DNA of 64,000 nt from a bacterium (GCA_030605565.1 JAUWIB010000099.1:733-64732), one strand, 5' to 3'. Positions 18,958 to 28,559 are shown, counted from the first letter of the stretch. The notes: generated by a model not told the origin, from the sequence alone. Numbers and translations: made by a program.

Positions 18958-19171
18958 GACATTTGCGGTTCGAGGGAACGTTCAGTTGCCAAAACCAACT
19001 CTTGGGTGCTGTCAGGCGACTCGCCTGACAGCCATCGCGTGTGAAGGCAGGCGTCGGGCGGGGTCGCCCGACACCACCCGGAAACAAACCCTTCAATCCG
19101 GAGATATTGACCTTGACTTAGAAGACGGTATCTACAAGCTTTGTGAGTGTTATCCCTGGACGGGACACGAC

Positions 19172-19729
19172 CTAAACTTCAAGGACGTCTTGTTCTTTCT
19201 TCTCCAGGATATCGTCAATCTCTAATGTGAACTCGCCGGTCATCTTCTGGATTTTATCCAATCCGTCCTTCTGCTGATCCTCCGAGATCTCCTTGTCCTT
19301 CTGGGCATTCTTGATTTGGTCGTTGGCATCGCGACGAATGTTGCGTATCGCCACCCGGCCCTCCTCGGCCATATTGCGACAATGCCGGGCCAGTTCTTGT
19401 CGACGCTCCTCGTTAAGCGGAGGGACCGGAATCCGGATGGTTTGTCCCTCGACAACGGGATTGAAGCCAAGGTCGGCTTTCTGGATTCCCTTCACGATCT
19501 CACCAACCGTACCCTTCTCAAAAGCCTGAACAACCAACAGACGCGGCTCCGGAGCAGCAATCGTCGCCACCTGATTCAGCGGCAACTGACTACCGTAGGC
19601 TGACACCTTGACCGTATCAAGCAGTTGCACCGTCGCCTTACCAGTTCGAACGGCATTGAACTCACGCGCCACCGCATCGACGCTCTTCTTCATGCGCTCG
19701 TGTGTTTCCTTGTAGAGATCTTCCAGCAT
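19172..19729 (-). CDS. frr: Ribosome recycling factor
   Basis: 185 aa; RTGKATVQLLDTVKVSAYGSQLPLNQVATI and RIPVPPLNEERRQEL. Confidence 0.95.
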   Translation of the reverse strand: MLEDLYKETHERMKKSVDAVAREFNAVRTGKATVQLLDTVKVSAYGSQLPLNQVATIAAPEPRLLVVQAFEKGTVGEIVKGIQKADLGFNPVVEGQTIRIPVPPLNEERRQELARHCRNMAEEGRVAIRNIRRDANDQIKNAQKDKEISEDQQKDGLDKIQKMTGEFTLEIDDILEKKEQDVLEV

Positions 19730-19759
19730 AATGGGACTCCCGTGCTTGTTATTTCCACC

Positions 19760-20485
19760 TCAAGAGATCAGTGTCCCAACCTCTTCGCCCAACACCGCCC
19801 GTTTGAGATTACCCGGCCGGTGAAGGTCGATCACTCTAACCGGAATATGGTTCTCCATCAGCAGCGAAATGGCGGTTGAGTCGATCACTTTCAACTCGCG
19901 CGTCAGAACCTCCATGTATTTCAACTTAGGATAAAAGATCGCCTCGGCGTTCTTCCTGGGATCGGCCGAATAGACTCCGTCGACATTGGTAGCTTTTATC
20001 ATGATGTCGGCATTGATTTCCATGGCTCGAAGCGAGGCTGCCGTGTCGGTGCTGAAGTACGGATTGCCGGTACCGGCAGCGAAGATGACCAACCTGCCTT
20101 TTTCCAAATGCCTCACCGCCCGGCGTCGGATATACGGTTCAGTAAAGGCTTCTATTGCCACCGCCGACATCACCCGGGTGTAGCAGCCCATTTTCTCGAG
20201 CGTGTCCATCATGGCCAGAGAGTTAATCACCGTGGCCAGCATCCCCATCGAATCGGCTGTAACCCGATCCATGCCTGACTCAGAAGCGTGCAGCCCGCGA
20301 AAGATGTTCCCGCCACCGACCACAATGGCGGTTTCGATGTCGAGCTTCCTGATCTCTATGATTTGGGAGCAGATGGATTCCACCGTAGCCGTGTCTATCC
20401 CGAACTGTCCGGGACCGGTGAGAGCCTCCCCGGATATCTTTATCAGAACCCTCTTGGCTGGCGGTAAATTATCGTCAGATTCCAT
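19760..20485 (-). CDS. pyrH: UMP kinase
   Basis: [22 protein letters not shown] and [18 protein letters not shown]. Confidence 0.95.
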   Translation of the reverse strand: MESDDNLPPAKRVLIKISGEALTGPGQFGIDTATVESICSQIIEIRKLDIETAIVVGGGNIFRGLHASESGMDRVTADSMGMLATVINSLAMMDTLEKMGCYTRVMSAVAIEAFTEPYIRRRAVRHLEKGRLVIFAAGTGNPYFSTDTAASLRAMEINADIMIKATNVDGVYSADPRKNAEAIFYPKLKYMEVLTRELKVIDSTAISLLMENHIPVRVIDLHRPGNLKRAVLGEEVGTLIS

Positions 20486-20486
20486 T

Positions 20487-21080
20487 TTACTCGCCCAGAC
20501 GGAATCGGCAGAACCGTTTTACGAGTATGTTTTCACCCAAATTGGCGATCATCTCTTTGACGACGTCACCCACCGTCTTATCGGTATCCTTGACAAATGC
20601 CTGCTCCAGCAGAACGATCTCCGAGAGATACTTCTCCAGCTTGCCGTCAACGATTCTGTCGATCACTTTCTCCGGTTTGCCTTCGTTAAGCGCCTGCTGG
20701 CGGTAGATGTCGCGCTCTTTGTCGAGCACGGCCTGGTCGACCTCCTCGCGGGACACACAAACAGGCGCGCTCGCCGCCACATGCATAGCGATGTCCCTGG
20801 TGAAGACTTTGAACTGGTCGGTGCGCGCCACGAAATCGGTCTCGCAGGCCACTTCAACCAAAACACCAAGTTTGTCCCCGGCGTGAATGTACGATGCGAT
20901 CACTCCTTCGGCGGCTGTGCGACCAGCCTTGGAGGCGGCCTTGGCAATACCCTTCTCCCTGAGAACCTTGACCGCCTTCTCGAGATCTCCGTCGGCTTCA
21001 GAGAGAGCCTTCTTGCAGTCCATCATGCCGGCTCCGGTTTTATCCCGGAGTTCTTTCACCATTTTTGCGCTTATCTGCAT
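20487..21080 (-). CDS. tsf: Translation elongation factor Ts (short form)
   Basis: [37 protein letters not shown] and [13 protein letters not shown]. Confidence 0.95.
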   Translation of the reverse strand: MQISAKMVKELRDKTGAGMMDCKKALSEADGDLEKAVKVLREKGIAKAASKAGRTAAEGVIASYIHAGDKLGVLVEVACETDFVARTDQFKVFTRDIAMHVAASAPVCVSREEVDQAVLDKERDIYRQQALNEGKPEKVIDRIVDGKLEKYLSEIVLLEQAFVKDTDKTVGDVVKEMIANLGENILVKRFCRFRLGE

Positions 21081-21100
21081 TTGGTCGTACCTTTCAACAT

Positions 21101-21895
21101 TTATGCCGGCGGCGCGGTCTTGCCAGGACCGCTATCGGGTTCTTCAGATGTATAGACAATCGGCTTTCCCTTTCGGGTTTCCTCCACAGCCGCCTCGACC
21201 GCCTCCTGCGTGAGGCCGCTCTGAGCCTCGACGGCAGCGTCGACCAACTGCCGAACGAGTACGCGGATCGACTTAATGGCGTCATCGTTGCCCGCTATCG
21301 GGAAATCGATAGGGTCCGGATCGGCGTTGGTATCGACGATACCGACGATCGGAATACCAAGCTTGGTAGCCTCGGCCACCGCTATTTGTTCTTTGCGAGC
21401 ATCCACGACAACCATCAAACCCGGCAGCACGTTCATCTCCTTGATACCGCCGAGCACCTTGTTGAGACGCACGGCCTGGTGCTCGAATCGGGCGCGCTCT
21501 TTCTTGGTGAACTTCTCAACCGTACCGTCCTGCTGCATCTGCTCGATGTCTTTCAGTTTCTTGATCGAGTTCTTGATGGTATCAAAATTGGTGAGCATTC
21601 CACCCAACCAGCGCTCGGTGACATAGAAGGCACCGCACCGCTTGGCTTCTTCAGTGATCACTTCCTTCGCTTGTTTCTTAGTGCCCACCATCAGGATCGA
21701 CCGACCACGCGAGACCACCTCGGTGATTTTCCTGCTGGCATGTTCCAGAGCGTTGACGGTCTTTTGAAGATCGATGATGTAGATGCCGTTACGAGCGGCA
21801 AAGATGAACGGCTTCATCTTGGGGTTCCATCGGCGAGTCTGATGGCCGAAATGCACCCCAGCTTCGAGCAATTCCTTCACTTGTGCAGAGATCAT
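21101..21895 (-). CDS. rpsB: 30S ribosomal protein S2
   Basis: [30 protein letters not shown] and [15 protein letters not shown]. Confidence 0.95.
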   Translation of the reverse strand: MISAQVKELLEAGVHFGHQTRRWNPKMKPFIFAARNGIYIIDLQKTVNALEHASRKITEVVSRGRSILMVGTKKQAKEVITEEAKRCGAFYVTERWLGGMLTNFDTIKNSIKKLKDIEQMQQDGTVEKFTKKERARFEHQAVRLNKVLGGIKEMNVLPGLMVVVDARKEQIAVAEATKLGIPIVGIVDTNADPDPIDFPIAGNDDAIKSIRVLVRQLVDAAVEAQSGLTQEAVEAAVEETRKGKPIVYTSEEPDSGPGKTAPPA

Positions 21896-21944
21896 GCAAT
21901 ATCCCGGAATTATGGTTAATCTTCACTCGGCGTCATCCCCAACC

Positions 21945-21963
21945 GAAACCCGCAAACTGCGGG
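21945..21963 (-). terminator. Weak hairpin terminator/attenuator between rpsI and rpsB
   Basis: Minus strand CCCGCAGTTTGCGGG followed by TTTCGGTT, about 65 nt downstream of the rpsI stop. Confidence 0.3.
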
Positions 21964-22027
21964 ACCATCGGTTGAGTCTGCCGGAGCTGTTTATTTCCCC
22001 ACCGAAGCAGGGATACAGCACTCCAAA

Positions 22028-22420
22028 TCAGCGTTTGGAATACTGGAAACGCTTGCGCGCTTTGGGCTGGCCGTACTTCTTACGTTCCACCTCGCGAGCA
22101 TCACGAGTGAGTAAACCGTGCTTGCGTAACACGGCGCGGTACTCTGGATCCATCACCAACAAGGCTCTGGCCACGGCCAAACGTAAGGCGCCAGATTGCC
22201 CACGGATACCACCACCGCTGGTCGAGCAATTTACATCGAGATCGCTCAGGTGTTCCGTAACTTTCAGCGCTTCCTTCGCATGGGCCACCAGTGTCTCACG
22301 ACAAAGATGATCCATCAGGGAATGCCCGTTAACGGTGAAGGTTCCTTTACCCGGTACGATGTTCGCTCGGGCAACCGCCTCTTTGCGACGGCCGGTAGCT
22401 GAAAAGCTGTCCTGTCCCAT
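22028..22420 (-). CDS. rpsI: 30S ribosomal protein S9
   Basis: GRRKEAVARANIVPG, GGGIRGQSGALRLAVARAL and a C-terminal KARKRFQYSKR. Confidence 0.95.
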   Translation of the reverse strand: MGQDSFSATGRRKEAVARANIVPGKGTFTVNGHSLMDHLCRETLVAHAKEALKVTEHLSDLDVNCSTSGGGIRGQSGALRLAVARALLVMDPEYRAVLRKHGLLTRDAREVERKKYGQPKARKRFQYSKR

Positions 22421-22433
22421 TTTCCTCTATCAG

Positions 22434-22865
22434 TTAAAGCTCTAGTTTTTCCGGTTTCTGGGCCCGATGTGGATGTTCGGATCCGCTATAGACATGAAGT
22501 TTCTTGAACATCTTCCGACCTAATCGGTTCTTCGGAAGCATTCTCCGAACAGCCATCCGAAATGTCTCCTCCGGCTTCTTATTCATCTGTTCGGCAAACG
22601 TCGTCTTTTTCAGACCACCGGGGTAACCCGAGTAATGATAGTAGGCCAACTGCTCCGGTTTCCTCGTACCGGTTACGCGCACAGCCTTAGCATTGATCAC
22701 CACGACATGGTCACCCGTATCCAGATGCGGTGTAAAGATCGGCTTATGTTTACCTCTAAGAATTGTCGCCACCTTCGTGGCGTAACGTCCCAGGATGGCG
22801 TCTTGCAAGTCAACGACCCACCATTTACGGCAACTTGGGTCTACTTTCGGCACAAAAGTCTTCAT
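22434..22865 (-). CDS. rplM: 50S ribosomal protein L13
   Basis: KWWVVDLQDAILGRYATKVATILRGKHKPIFTPHLDTGDHVVVINA and YYHYSGYPGG. Confidence 0.95.
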   Translation of the reverse strand: MKTFVPKVDPSCRKWWVVDLQDAILGRYATKVATILRGKHKPIFTPHLDTGDHVVVINAKAVRVTGTRKPEQLAYYHYSGYPGGLKKTTFAEQMNKKPEETFRMAVRRMLPKNRLGRKMFKKLHVYSGSEHPHRAQKPEKLEL

Positions 22866-22911
22866 TCAAACATCCAATATATCGAGACCTCATCAAAACA
22901 GACAGACGATA

Positions 22912-22939
22912 AAAATACACTATTTGGCTGACTTGTCAA
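22912..22939 (-). promoter_or_regulatory. Candidate sigma70-type promoter of rplM-rpsI
   Basis: Minus strand TTGACA, 16 nt, then TATTTT, about 47 nt upstream of the rplM ATG. Confidence 0.4.
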
Positions 22940-23170
22940 CACAATCTACAAAAAAATCCTAATCCTCGCAGACCCACCTAAGTGGTATCGGCAGTCATTC
23001 CAATATGTTTAACAATAGCGACTTAGCTGTGCCCTCGATAACGCCGAACAGTTTTAGTGTTCTGTCTCAGAGTAACATTCACATAGTCTTGTACCCGTCG
23101 GGCCTTCAGACCCGGCGGGAAACTGCTTTTGTGTCTGTTGTCCCAAGTTCTTCAATAGCCTGCTGCCCGA

Positions 23171-23208
23171 AATAATCGAAGCGGCCGAATTCATGTATTC
23201 GACCGCTT
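23171..23208 (-). terminator. Candidate terminator hairpin downstream of the peroxiredoxin gene
   Basis: AAGCGGCCGAAT / ATTCGACCGCTT stem (11 of 12 pairs) with a 6-nt loop. On the minus strand it is followed by CGATTATTTC. It lies about 60 nt past the stop. Confidence 0.4.
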
Positions 23209-23267
23209 TGCGGGCAAGGCTTGGTTATATGATCAGCCTTTGTTGGTAGATACGAAAGTCAACGCCC

Positions 23268-23831
23268 TCAGATCTTGCCGACCAGATCCAGACCCGCCTT
23301 AAGGGTCTTCGCGCCCGGCTTCCAGTTCATCGGGCAAACCTCTCCCCCATGCTCGCGTACGAACTGGGCCGCCTGAAGTTTGCGAATCAACTCCACGGAG
23401 CTACGACCGATCGAGTTATCGTTTACCTCGAAAGACTTGACAACACCGTCCGGGTCGATAATAAAGGTTCCGCGGAGCGCCAGCCCGGCTTCTTCGATCA
23501 TAACACCGTAGTCGCGGCTCAGCTTGCCGGTCGGATCGGCTAACATCGGGAAAGTGATTTTCTTAATCGTCTCCGAACTGTCGTGCCAGGCCTTATGGAC
23601 AAACACGGTGTCGGTCGAAGCCACCAGGATCTCAGCGCCCAAATCCTGGAACGTCTTGTAGTTGTCGGCCAGGTCACCAAGCTCAGTGGGACACACAAAG
23701 GTGAAGTCGGCCGGGTAGAAAAACAGGACCACCCATTTGCCGCGATAATCGCTGAGGTTGACGCGCGTGATGTCGTCCTTGTACAAAGCCTCGACATCGA
23801 AATCGGGAGCGGGGTGATTGATCTGTACCAT
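23268..23831 (-). CDS. 2-Cys peroxiredoxin (AhpC/Prx1 type)
   Basis: FFYPADFTFVCPTE (peroxidatic Cys) and GEVCPMNWKPG (resolving Cys). Trimmed from the track ORF to ATG 23831. Confidence 0.9.
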   Translation of the reverse strand: MVQINHPAPDFDVEALYKDDITRVNLSDYRGKWVVLFFYPADFTFVCPTELGDLADNYKTFQDLGAEILVASTDTVFVHKAWHDSSETIKKITFPMLADPTGKLSRDYGVMIEEAGLALRGTFIIDPDGVVKSFEVNDNSIGRSSVELIRKLQAAQFVREHGGEVCPMNWKPGAKTLKAGLDLVGKI

Positions 23832-24101
23832 TGTTAGTTTTCCTTTACTATTTTGTTCTAAATCTGTCAATCCGTCTACTCTGTTTCGTAATGTCAGGAC
23901 CGAAATCGGTCCACAATCTCGATTATTCAAAATCGTTATGAAGACTAACAGAAATCCGGGGCAAGAGTTCACAAAAACAGAACAGAATAGTTACTAAGCC
24001 TGTTGGAGAATGCAAGCGGCAGACTGAGCACCCGGACGCGGCGTCACAACGGCAGTTAAAGGATCACTCCCCGAGTAACATCAACTCGAACCGCTCGAGA
24101 C

Positions 24102-24725
24102 TCAGGAATGACGTTTCTTCAACTTCAGCTTGTAGCGCAGATCAAACTTCCGCCCGTTCGTGCACAATCCGCACGAGGCCATGCGCAGTCGTTTCTGACG
24201 GGGATACTCTCGTCCACAATTAGGACAGGTGTATATGTACTTGGGCGGCTTTCTCAGCGACGGGTGCGCCTTCGCCCGTATCGATGCGCCCACCCGCGCG
24301 GCTTCGGCCTTGAACGCCGCGCCATGACTAAGATGTAGGATGTGGATCATCTCGTGTTTGAGCGTGTCGGTTAGCTCTTCTGGAAACAACTCGTGGTACT
24401 TGCGACCGATGCGGATCAACCGTCGTTGCGGCGTGTAGGAACCGGCCGATGACATCCGGGTGGAGTATTCGATCTTTACCCGGGGCAGCAGACCGTCGAA
24501 GTACATCCAGTTGAAACGTTCGAACATCCGGCAAAGCTCGCCAGTGTCAGGCAGGCCGGTCTCTGCCGAAGGGACCGTAGATAGACTGACAACCGGGGCG
24601 GCACTCCGATGTTGCCTGATGGCCGTGTACAGCGTGGCTGGCGCCGGGGGACTTAGATCCTCCGGCCTAAAAAGATCATAATTGAGTGCAGCTATCGCTT
24701 TTTTCTGTGACTTGTTGCGACGCAT
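24102..24725 (-). CDS. SprT-like zinc metalloprotease-domain protein
   Basis: LKHEMIHILH (HExxH motif) and a C-terminal Cys4 ribbon (YTCPNCG...MASCGLC). Confidence 0.7.
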   Translation of the reverse strand: MRRNKSQKKAIAALNYDLFRPEDLSPPAPATLYTAIRQHRSAAPVVSLSTVPSAETGLPDTGELCRMFERFNWMYFDGLLPRVKIEYSTRMSSAGSYTPQRRLIRIGRKYHELFPEELTDTLKHEMIHILHLSHGAAFKAEAARVGASIRAKAHPSLRKPPKYIYTCPNCGREYPRQKRLRMASCGLCTNGRKFDLRYKLKLKKRHS

Positions 24726-24917
24726 AAGAAGTCGTTCCTGTTGACGCTATTCATACCTATCGGCAGTTTGGAAAGCAACTTCAAACAGGCTCGCCTGTTC
24801 TTCGCGCTACGCGCGCCCCAAGTTAGAAGGGTAAGCTTGCCCTAATACTTGCCTGGTGCAAGGCAATGGCAAAGTTGTGGGCAGCAGATGCCCTGAGGTT
24901 TTCTTTCCACAATCAAT

Positions 24918-25922
24918 TTAACCCTCTCGTTCACCCGGCTTGATACCCTCGTCCGTGATGAACGCCGTCACCAACTCGAACGGCGTCACATCAAAAGCCG
25001 GTGAGTAGACCTGGACGCCGTCCGGCGCAGTGCGGCGGCCGAACCCTTCGGTAACTTCTTCAGGAGCGCGTTCCTCAATAACGATATCGTTGCCCGTAGG
25101 TGTGTCGTTGTCAAATGTCGAAGACGGCGCTGCTACATAGAACGGCACGCCGTGATGTTTGGCCAGCACGGCCACGGAGTAAGTACCTATCTTGTTGGCG
25201 AAATCACCATTCTCAGCAATCCGATCGGCGCCGACAATAACGTGATTTATCACCCCTTGCTTCATCAGCATCCCGGCCATGTTGTCGCAGATCAACGTGA
25301 CGTCGATTCCCTCCTGCATCAACTCCCATGAGGTCAACCGTGCACCCTGCAACAACGGACGGGTTTCGTCAGCGAACACGCGTATCTTCTTCCCTTGTTC
25401 ATGCGCAGTGTATATCACACCCAAGGCCGTACCGATGCCGCCGGTGGCCAGCGCGCCAGCGTTACAGTGAGTGAGGATTCCGTCGCCATCGTTTATCAAC
25501 TCAGCGCCATACTTGCCGATCCGCTCACACATCAGACGATCCTCTTCGTGAATCGCCTCCGCCTCGGACCAGAGTGTATCAAGTGTACCCTCGAGGTCCA
25601 TCGGCCCTTGTTCGCGTACCCGGACCAACACACGATCCACTGCCCAGAACAGGTTGACCGCTGTCGGTCGCGCTGATTGGAAATCACGAGCGACTTGTTC
25701 GATGTACTCGCTATCCCACCGACCCGCCTGCTGCACGGCGAGTGCCATACCATACGCAGCGGCGATCCCGATAGCCGGCGCCCCTCGCACGTCGAGTCGC
25801 TTGATAGCCGCGATGACATCGTGATGGTCATCCAGCTCCAGGTAGGTTGTCTCCTGAGGTAATTTGGTCTGGGCAAGCAGCACAAGCTTGTCGCCCTGTC
25901 GCTGAATCGTGTTGAACTTCAT
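24918..25922 (-). CDS. mtnA: S-methyl-5-thioribose-1-phosphate isomerase
   Basis: VRGAPAIGIAAAYG, THCNAGALATGGIGTALGVI, ADETRPLLQGARLT and VGADRIAENGDFANKIGTY. Trimmed to ATG 25922. Confidence 0.9.
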   Translation of the reverse strand: MKFNTIQRQGDKLVLLAQTKLPQETTYLELDDHHDVIAAIKRLDVRGAPAIGIAAAYGMALAVQQAGRWDSEYIEQVARDFQSARPTAVNLFWAVDRVLVRVREQGPMDLEGTLDTLWSEAEAIHEEDRLMCERIGKYGAELINDGDGILTHCNAGALATGGIGTALGVIYTAHEQGKKIRVFADETRPLLQGARLTSWELMQEGIDVTLICDNMAGMLMKQGVINHVIVGADRIAENGDFANKIGTYSVAVLAKHHGVPFYVAAPSSTFDNDTPTGNDIVIEERAPEEVTEGFGRRTAPDGVQVYSPAFDVTPFELVTAFITDEGIKPGEREG

Positions 25923-25972
25923 TACTAAACCCTGTGAGGTCTCCGGCTCAAGTCGACGCGCACCAGCCTCAT

Positions 25973-26398
25973 CTACTCGCCAATAATCTGCATCACTATT
26001 CGCCGGTTCCGTCCGCGATTGTCGAACTCCAGAAACACTATCTGCTGCCACGTGCCAAGGGTCAACTGACCGTCGACAAAGGGCACCGTGATATCCGGGC
26101 CGACCAGCGCCGCGCGCAGGTGCGAGAAACCGTTACCGTCGTGCCAGGTCTCGTCATGATGATACGACCTATCCGATGGAATCAGCTTCTCCCAAAACTC
26201 CGGCAGGTCTTTGAGCAATCCCGGTTCGTACTCAACCGTCGTAATCCCACCGGTCGAGCCGGGTACAAACACGGTGACGCCGCCACTCGTAAGACCTGAA
26301 CTTGCCACCGCCTGCTGCACTTCGCCGGTGATGTCGATTATATCGCCGGGTCCGCGGGTGGTCAGTTTTATCTCATGTGTTTGTACCATGTTAACCAT
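25973..26398 (-). CDS. yjbQ: YjbQ/UPF0047 family protein (secondary thiamine-phosphate synthase type)
   Basis: IIDITGEVQQAV, VFVPGSTGGITTVEYEPG, NGFSHLRAALVGP and GTWQQIVFLEFD. Trimmed to ATG 26398. Confidence 0.85.
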   Translation of the reverse strand: MVNMVQTHEIKLTTRGPGDIIDITGEVQQAVASSGLTSGGVTVFVPGSTGGITTVEYEPGLLKDLPEFWEKLIPSDRSYHHDETWHDGNGFSHLRAALVGPDITVPFVDGQLTLGTWQQIVFLEFDNRGRNRRIVMQIIGE

Positions 26399-26656
26399 AG
26401 GAAACCTTGTGGGGGGATTGTTGTCAAAGGAAAACTCGTTCTCACCCGGACTATCGTATCCGTTGACAAATCGATCTTCGTTGCCTATCTTGAGAATGCA
26501 AAGGGAAGGCTCCACAGCATAGACATCTGCGATATCCCTTTCTGCACGTGATAGACTGACGCCGCGAGCCGGTGTAGGCAGTATAACAGCAGGCAGTTCG
26601 CAGTGATTGTAACTTGCGGACAGCGTGTCGGAGGAGCAAGAAAAGGAGGAGCAGCG

Positions 26657-26950
26657 ATGATTGCCGGAATCGTCTTTACAGGCACGGGGCCGATATTGGT
26701 CCTGACTACTTATGAAACATTCGCAAATCCCGGGTTTATCGAGAAGATGGCCGCGAAAGGAGTCAGGAAGTTCATCGTGCGTGAGCTTTCACTGGATCTT
26801 GTCAAGGCCAAGTACGGCGCTCAGTACACCGCCGTGACGAACGATGTGAAACAGCATGACGACCTGAGGGTTCTTGACTACAATGGCTACAACGTATTTC
26901 ACAACTTCTCGTTTTCGGAGATGGGCGAACCGTTCCGCCACGAACCGTGA
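26657..26950 (+). CDS. Hypothetical small cytosolic protein (97 aa)
   Basis: AAGGAGGAGCAGCG precedes ATG 26657. The translation looks coherent (MIAGIVFTGTGPILVLTTYETFANPGFIEKM...), but I recognise no family. Confidence 0.5.
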   Translation: MIAGIVFTGTGPILVLTTYETFANPGFIEKMAAKGVRKFIVRELSLDLVKAKYGAQYTAVTNDVKQHDDLRVLDYNGYNVFHNFSFSEMGEPFRHEP

Positions 26951-26958
26951 ACTGTCCA

Positions 26959-27030
26959 GTCACCCTGAGCTATTGCGTGTCACCCTAAGCTATTGCGTGT
27001 CACCCTGAGCTATTGTGTGTCACCCTGAGC
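26959..27030. repeat. Tandem 20-bp repeat, about 3.6 copies
   Basis: GTCACCCTGAGCTATTGCGT is repeated head to tail with single-base variants. It ends in the family-A unit GTCACCCTGAGCGCAGTCGAAGGG. Confidence 0.9.
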
Positions 27031-27080
27031 GCAGTCGAAGGGCCGTGGGCGGCAGTCGCCCTCGTCTTCCCCGTCTTTTC

Positions 27081-27168
27081 CGTCATTGCGAGGACGCATC
27101 AGTGTCCGTGGCAATCTCGATTGATGGAAACCATAAGATTACCGCGTTCCCTTCGGTCGCTCGCAACT
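27081..27168. repeat. Degenerate family-B element
   Basis: CGTCATTGCGAGGACG...GTGGCAATCTCG...AGATTACCGCG...GCTCGCAACTG parallels the elements at 32382, 39425 and 41063. Confidence 0.6.
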
Positions 27169-27210
27169 GTAAATGTCAAGTAATTCGGGGACAGTTGCCT
27201 TTGGGACCCT

Positions 27211-27256
27211 GTCACCCTGAGCTATTGCGTGTCACCCTGAGCGGAGTCGAAGGGCG
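27211..27256. repeat. One 20-bp unit plus a family-A unit
   Basis: GTCACCCTGAGCTATTGCGT followed by GTCACCCTGAGCGGAGTCGAAGGGCGG. Confidence 0.85.
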
Positions 27257-27327
27257 GACGTTCGAAGCAAGGCTGAACTCAGGCCCAATGAAGATCGGAC
27301 TATCAGCAGACGGCAGGCAAGCCCTAA

Positions 27328-28392
27328 TCACTCCTTTAGCGAAGGAACGTTGATGATACCAAGGCTCTCAATAGTTTTGCTCGGCAACAGTGGCAAAGCA
27401 TCAAAAATCCAATCGACGAGAGCCTTTCCATCCATCAGAATAATCGGATGATTATCACACATATCTTTCAATGCGTGCGAAGCCTGCCCAGAGGTCACCA
27501 ACATCAGTCTGTGCTCAGCAAAGAGATCATCGTCTAGAATCTTCGTTAATTGCACGGCGCCAAATGCTCCTGAGCTGCCACTGTGGTGCTTAACTTGTAC
27601 GAGGATTTTGGTAACACCCAAAATCCGATCGTCCTTGCTGGCAGATACGTCCGCATCTGCAAAGCCCGGAAACTGGCGTTTACTCATTACTCGAGCTTCG
27701 TAGCCCTCGGTTTCAAGGAGGTCCCTCACGAGTCGTTCCAGGCCTATTCCGCCTGCTTGGAGGTTCGTCTTACCCTCCTGGATATTCCTTAACAACTGGT
27801 TTTTGAAATCCTCCTCCTGCCTATGCCTATCGTCCGTAAGGGTAGCGGGCCAGCCCAGGGTAGTGTCTAGGGTCCCTGCCCCAAGTGCTTCAAAAAGCCG
27901 CCCAAGCTCCTGACCAAAATCGTCAAGATCTCGGACTGTCGATCCGGGCACTCTCAATCGTGTCTGAAGTCGCGTAGTTAGACTTGAACGAGGGATGGTA
28001 ACAAACTCGCCGTCTTGTCTTAAGTATGTTACTCGATGCTGATTCGAAAGATCGAGTGTCTCCCGTACGGAGTCGTCATAAAGAACTTCGTTTGTGGCCG
28101 TGGCCAAACGAATTGAGCTGTAGTATGGAATTACGATTCTATCACCTGGCCGAATACCCACAAACCGACGAACTTCATTCCGCTTTATTCCAGCAACTTG
28201 TGGCGCAACCTGATCGGGACCGTAATAGATTTTATCCACCTGTTGTATCAGTTCCTCGACACTCTTGAAAGCTGTAAAGTCAACCTCGCTCCAACCTACA
28301 GCGATCACGGAATGATCAAAGAAGAGCTTGAAGTCCGCTTCCTTCTGTGCCATCGCCCGAACCATGTAGTACTTCGTCTTACTCTGTGCCAT
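27328..28392 (-). CDS. Mrr-type (PD-(D/E)xK) restriction endonuclease-domain protein with an unassigned N-terminal domain
   Basis: C-terminal LERLVRDLLETEGYEARV...FADADVSA...TKILVQVKHHSGSSGAFGAVQL matches the Mrr_cat pattern (D...(E/Q)xK). The N-terminal 130 aa are YYMVRAM...VIAVGWSEVDF...GIRPGDRIVIPY. AAGGAG lies upstream of ATG 28392. Confidence 0.75.
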   Translation of the reverse strand: MAQSKTKYYMVRAMAQKEADFKLFFDHSVIAVGWSEVDFTAFKSVEELIQQVDKIYYGPDQVAPQVAGIKRNEVRRFVGIRPGDRIVIPYYSSIRLATATNEVLYDDSVRETLDLSNQHRVTYLRQDGEFVTIPRSSLTTRLQTRLRVPGSTVRDLDDFGQELGRLFEALGAGTLDTTLGWPATLTDDRHRQEEDFKNQLLRNIQEGKTNLQAGGIGLERLVRDLLETEGYEARVMSKRQFPGFADADVSASKDDRILGVTKILVQVKHHSGSSGAFGAVQLTKILDDDLFAEHRLMLVTSGQASHALKDMCDNHPIILMDGKALVDWIFDALPLLPSKTIESLGIINVPSLKE

Positions 28393-28559
28393 ATGAGATA
28401 CTCCTTCCTTCGCTATGCAAACACTCGGCACCCTTGGTCTCCGTACTGAGCAACCACCATCTATCGCGGCTGCAAGTTATTGTGCAGCATAGACACAGTC
28501 AAGGATAGATAGTACGTAGGTGATAGAAAAGCAGCGACTCACTCGGGACTCACACCGGC

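Noticed and set aside
20202-21919. Long plus-strand ORFs (20202..21155, 317 aa; 21065..21919, 284 aa) opposite pyrH, tsf and rpsB.
   Set aside because: They lie antisense to unmistakable conserved genes. Their translations are low-complexity (R/L/G/H-rich) with no recognisable motifs. This is typical of shadow ORFs in GC-rich DNA.
26959-27030. Possible CRISPR array.
   Set aside because: The 20-bp units are directly adjacent with no spacers, and there are only about 3.6 copies. No cas genes lie in the window. This is a tandem repeat, not a CRISPR array.
27015-27353. Track ORFs lying entirely in repeat regions: 27015..27353, 28520..28971, 32094..32510, 16285..16659, 18806..19225, 41019..41258, 41131..41487, 39427..39627.
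   Set aside because: Their translations are read-through of the palindromic repeat families (PERSRRV, SGMTS, SLRSLAM, RSRSMS). The same peptides recur wherever the repeat recurs, so they are not independent genes.
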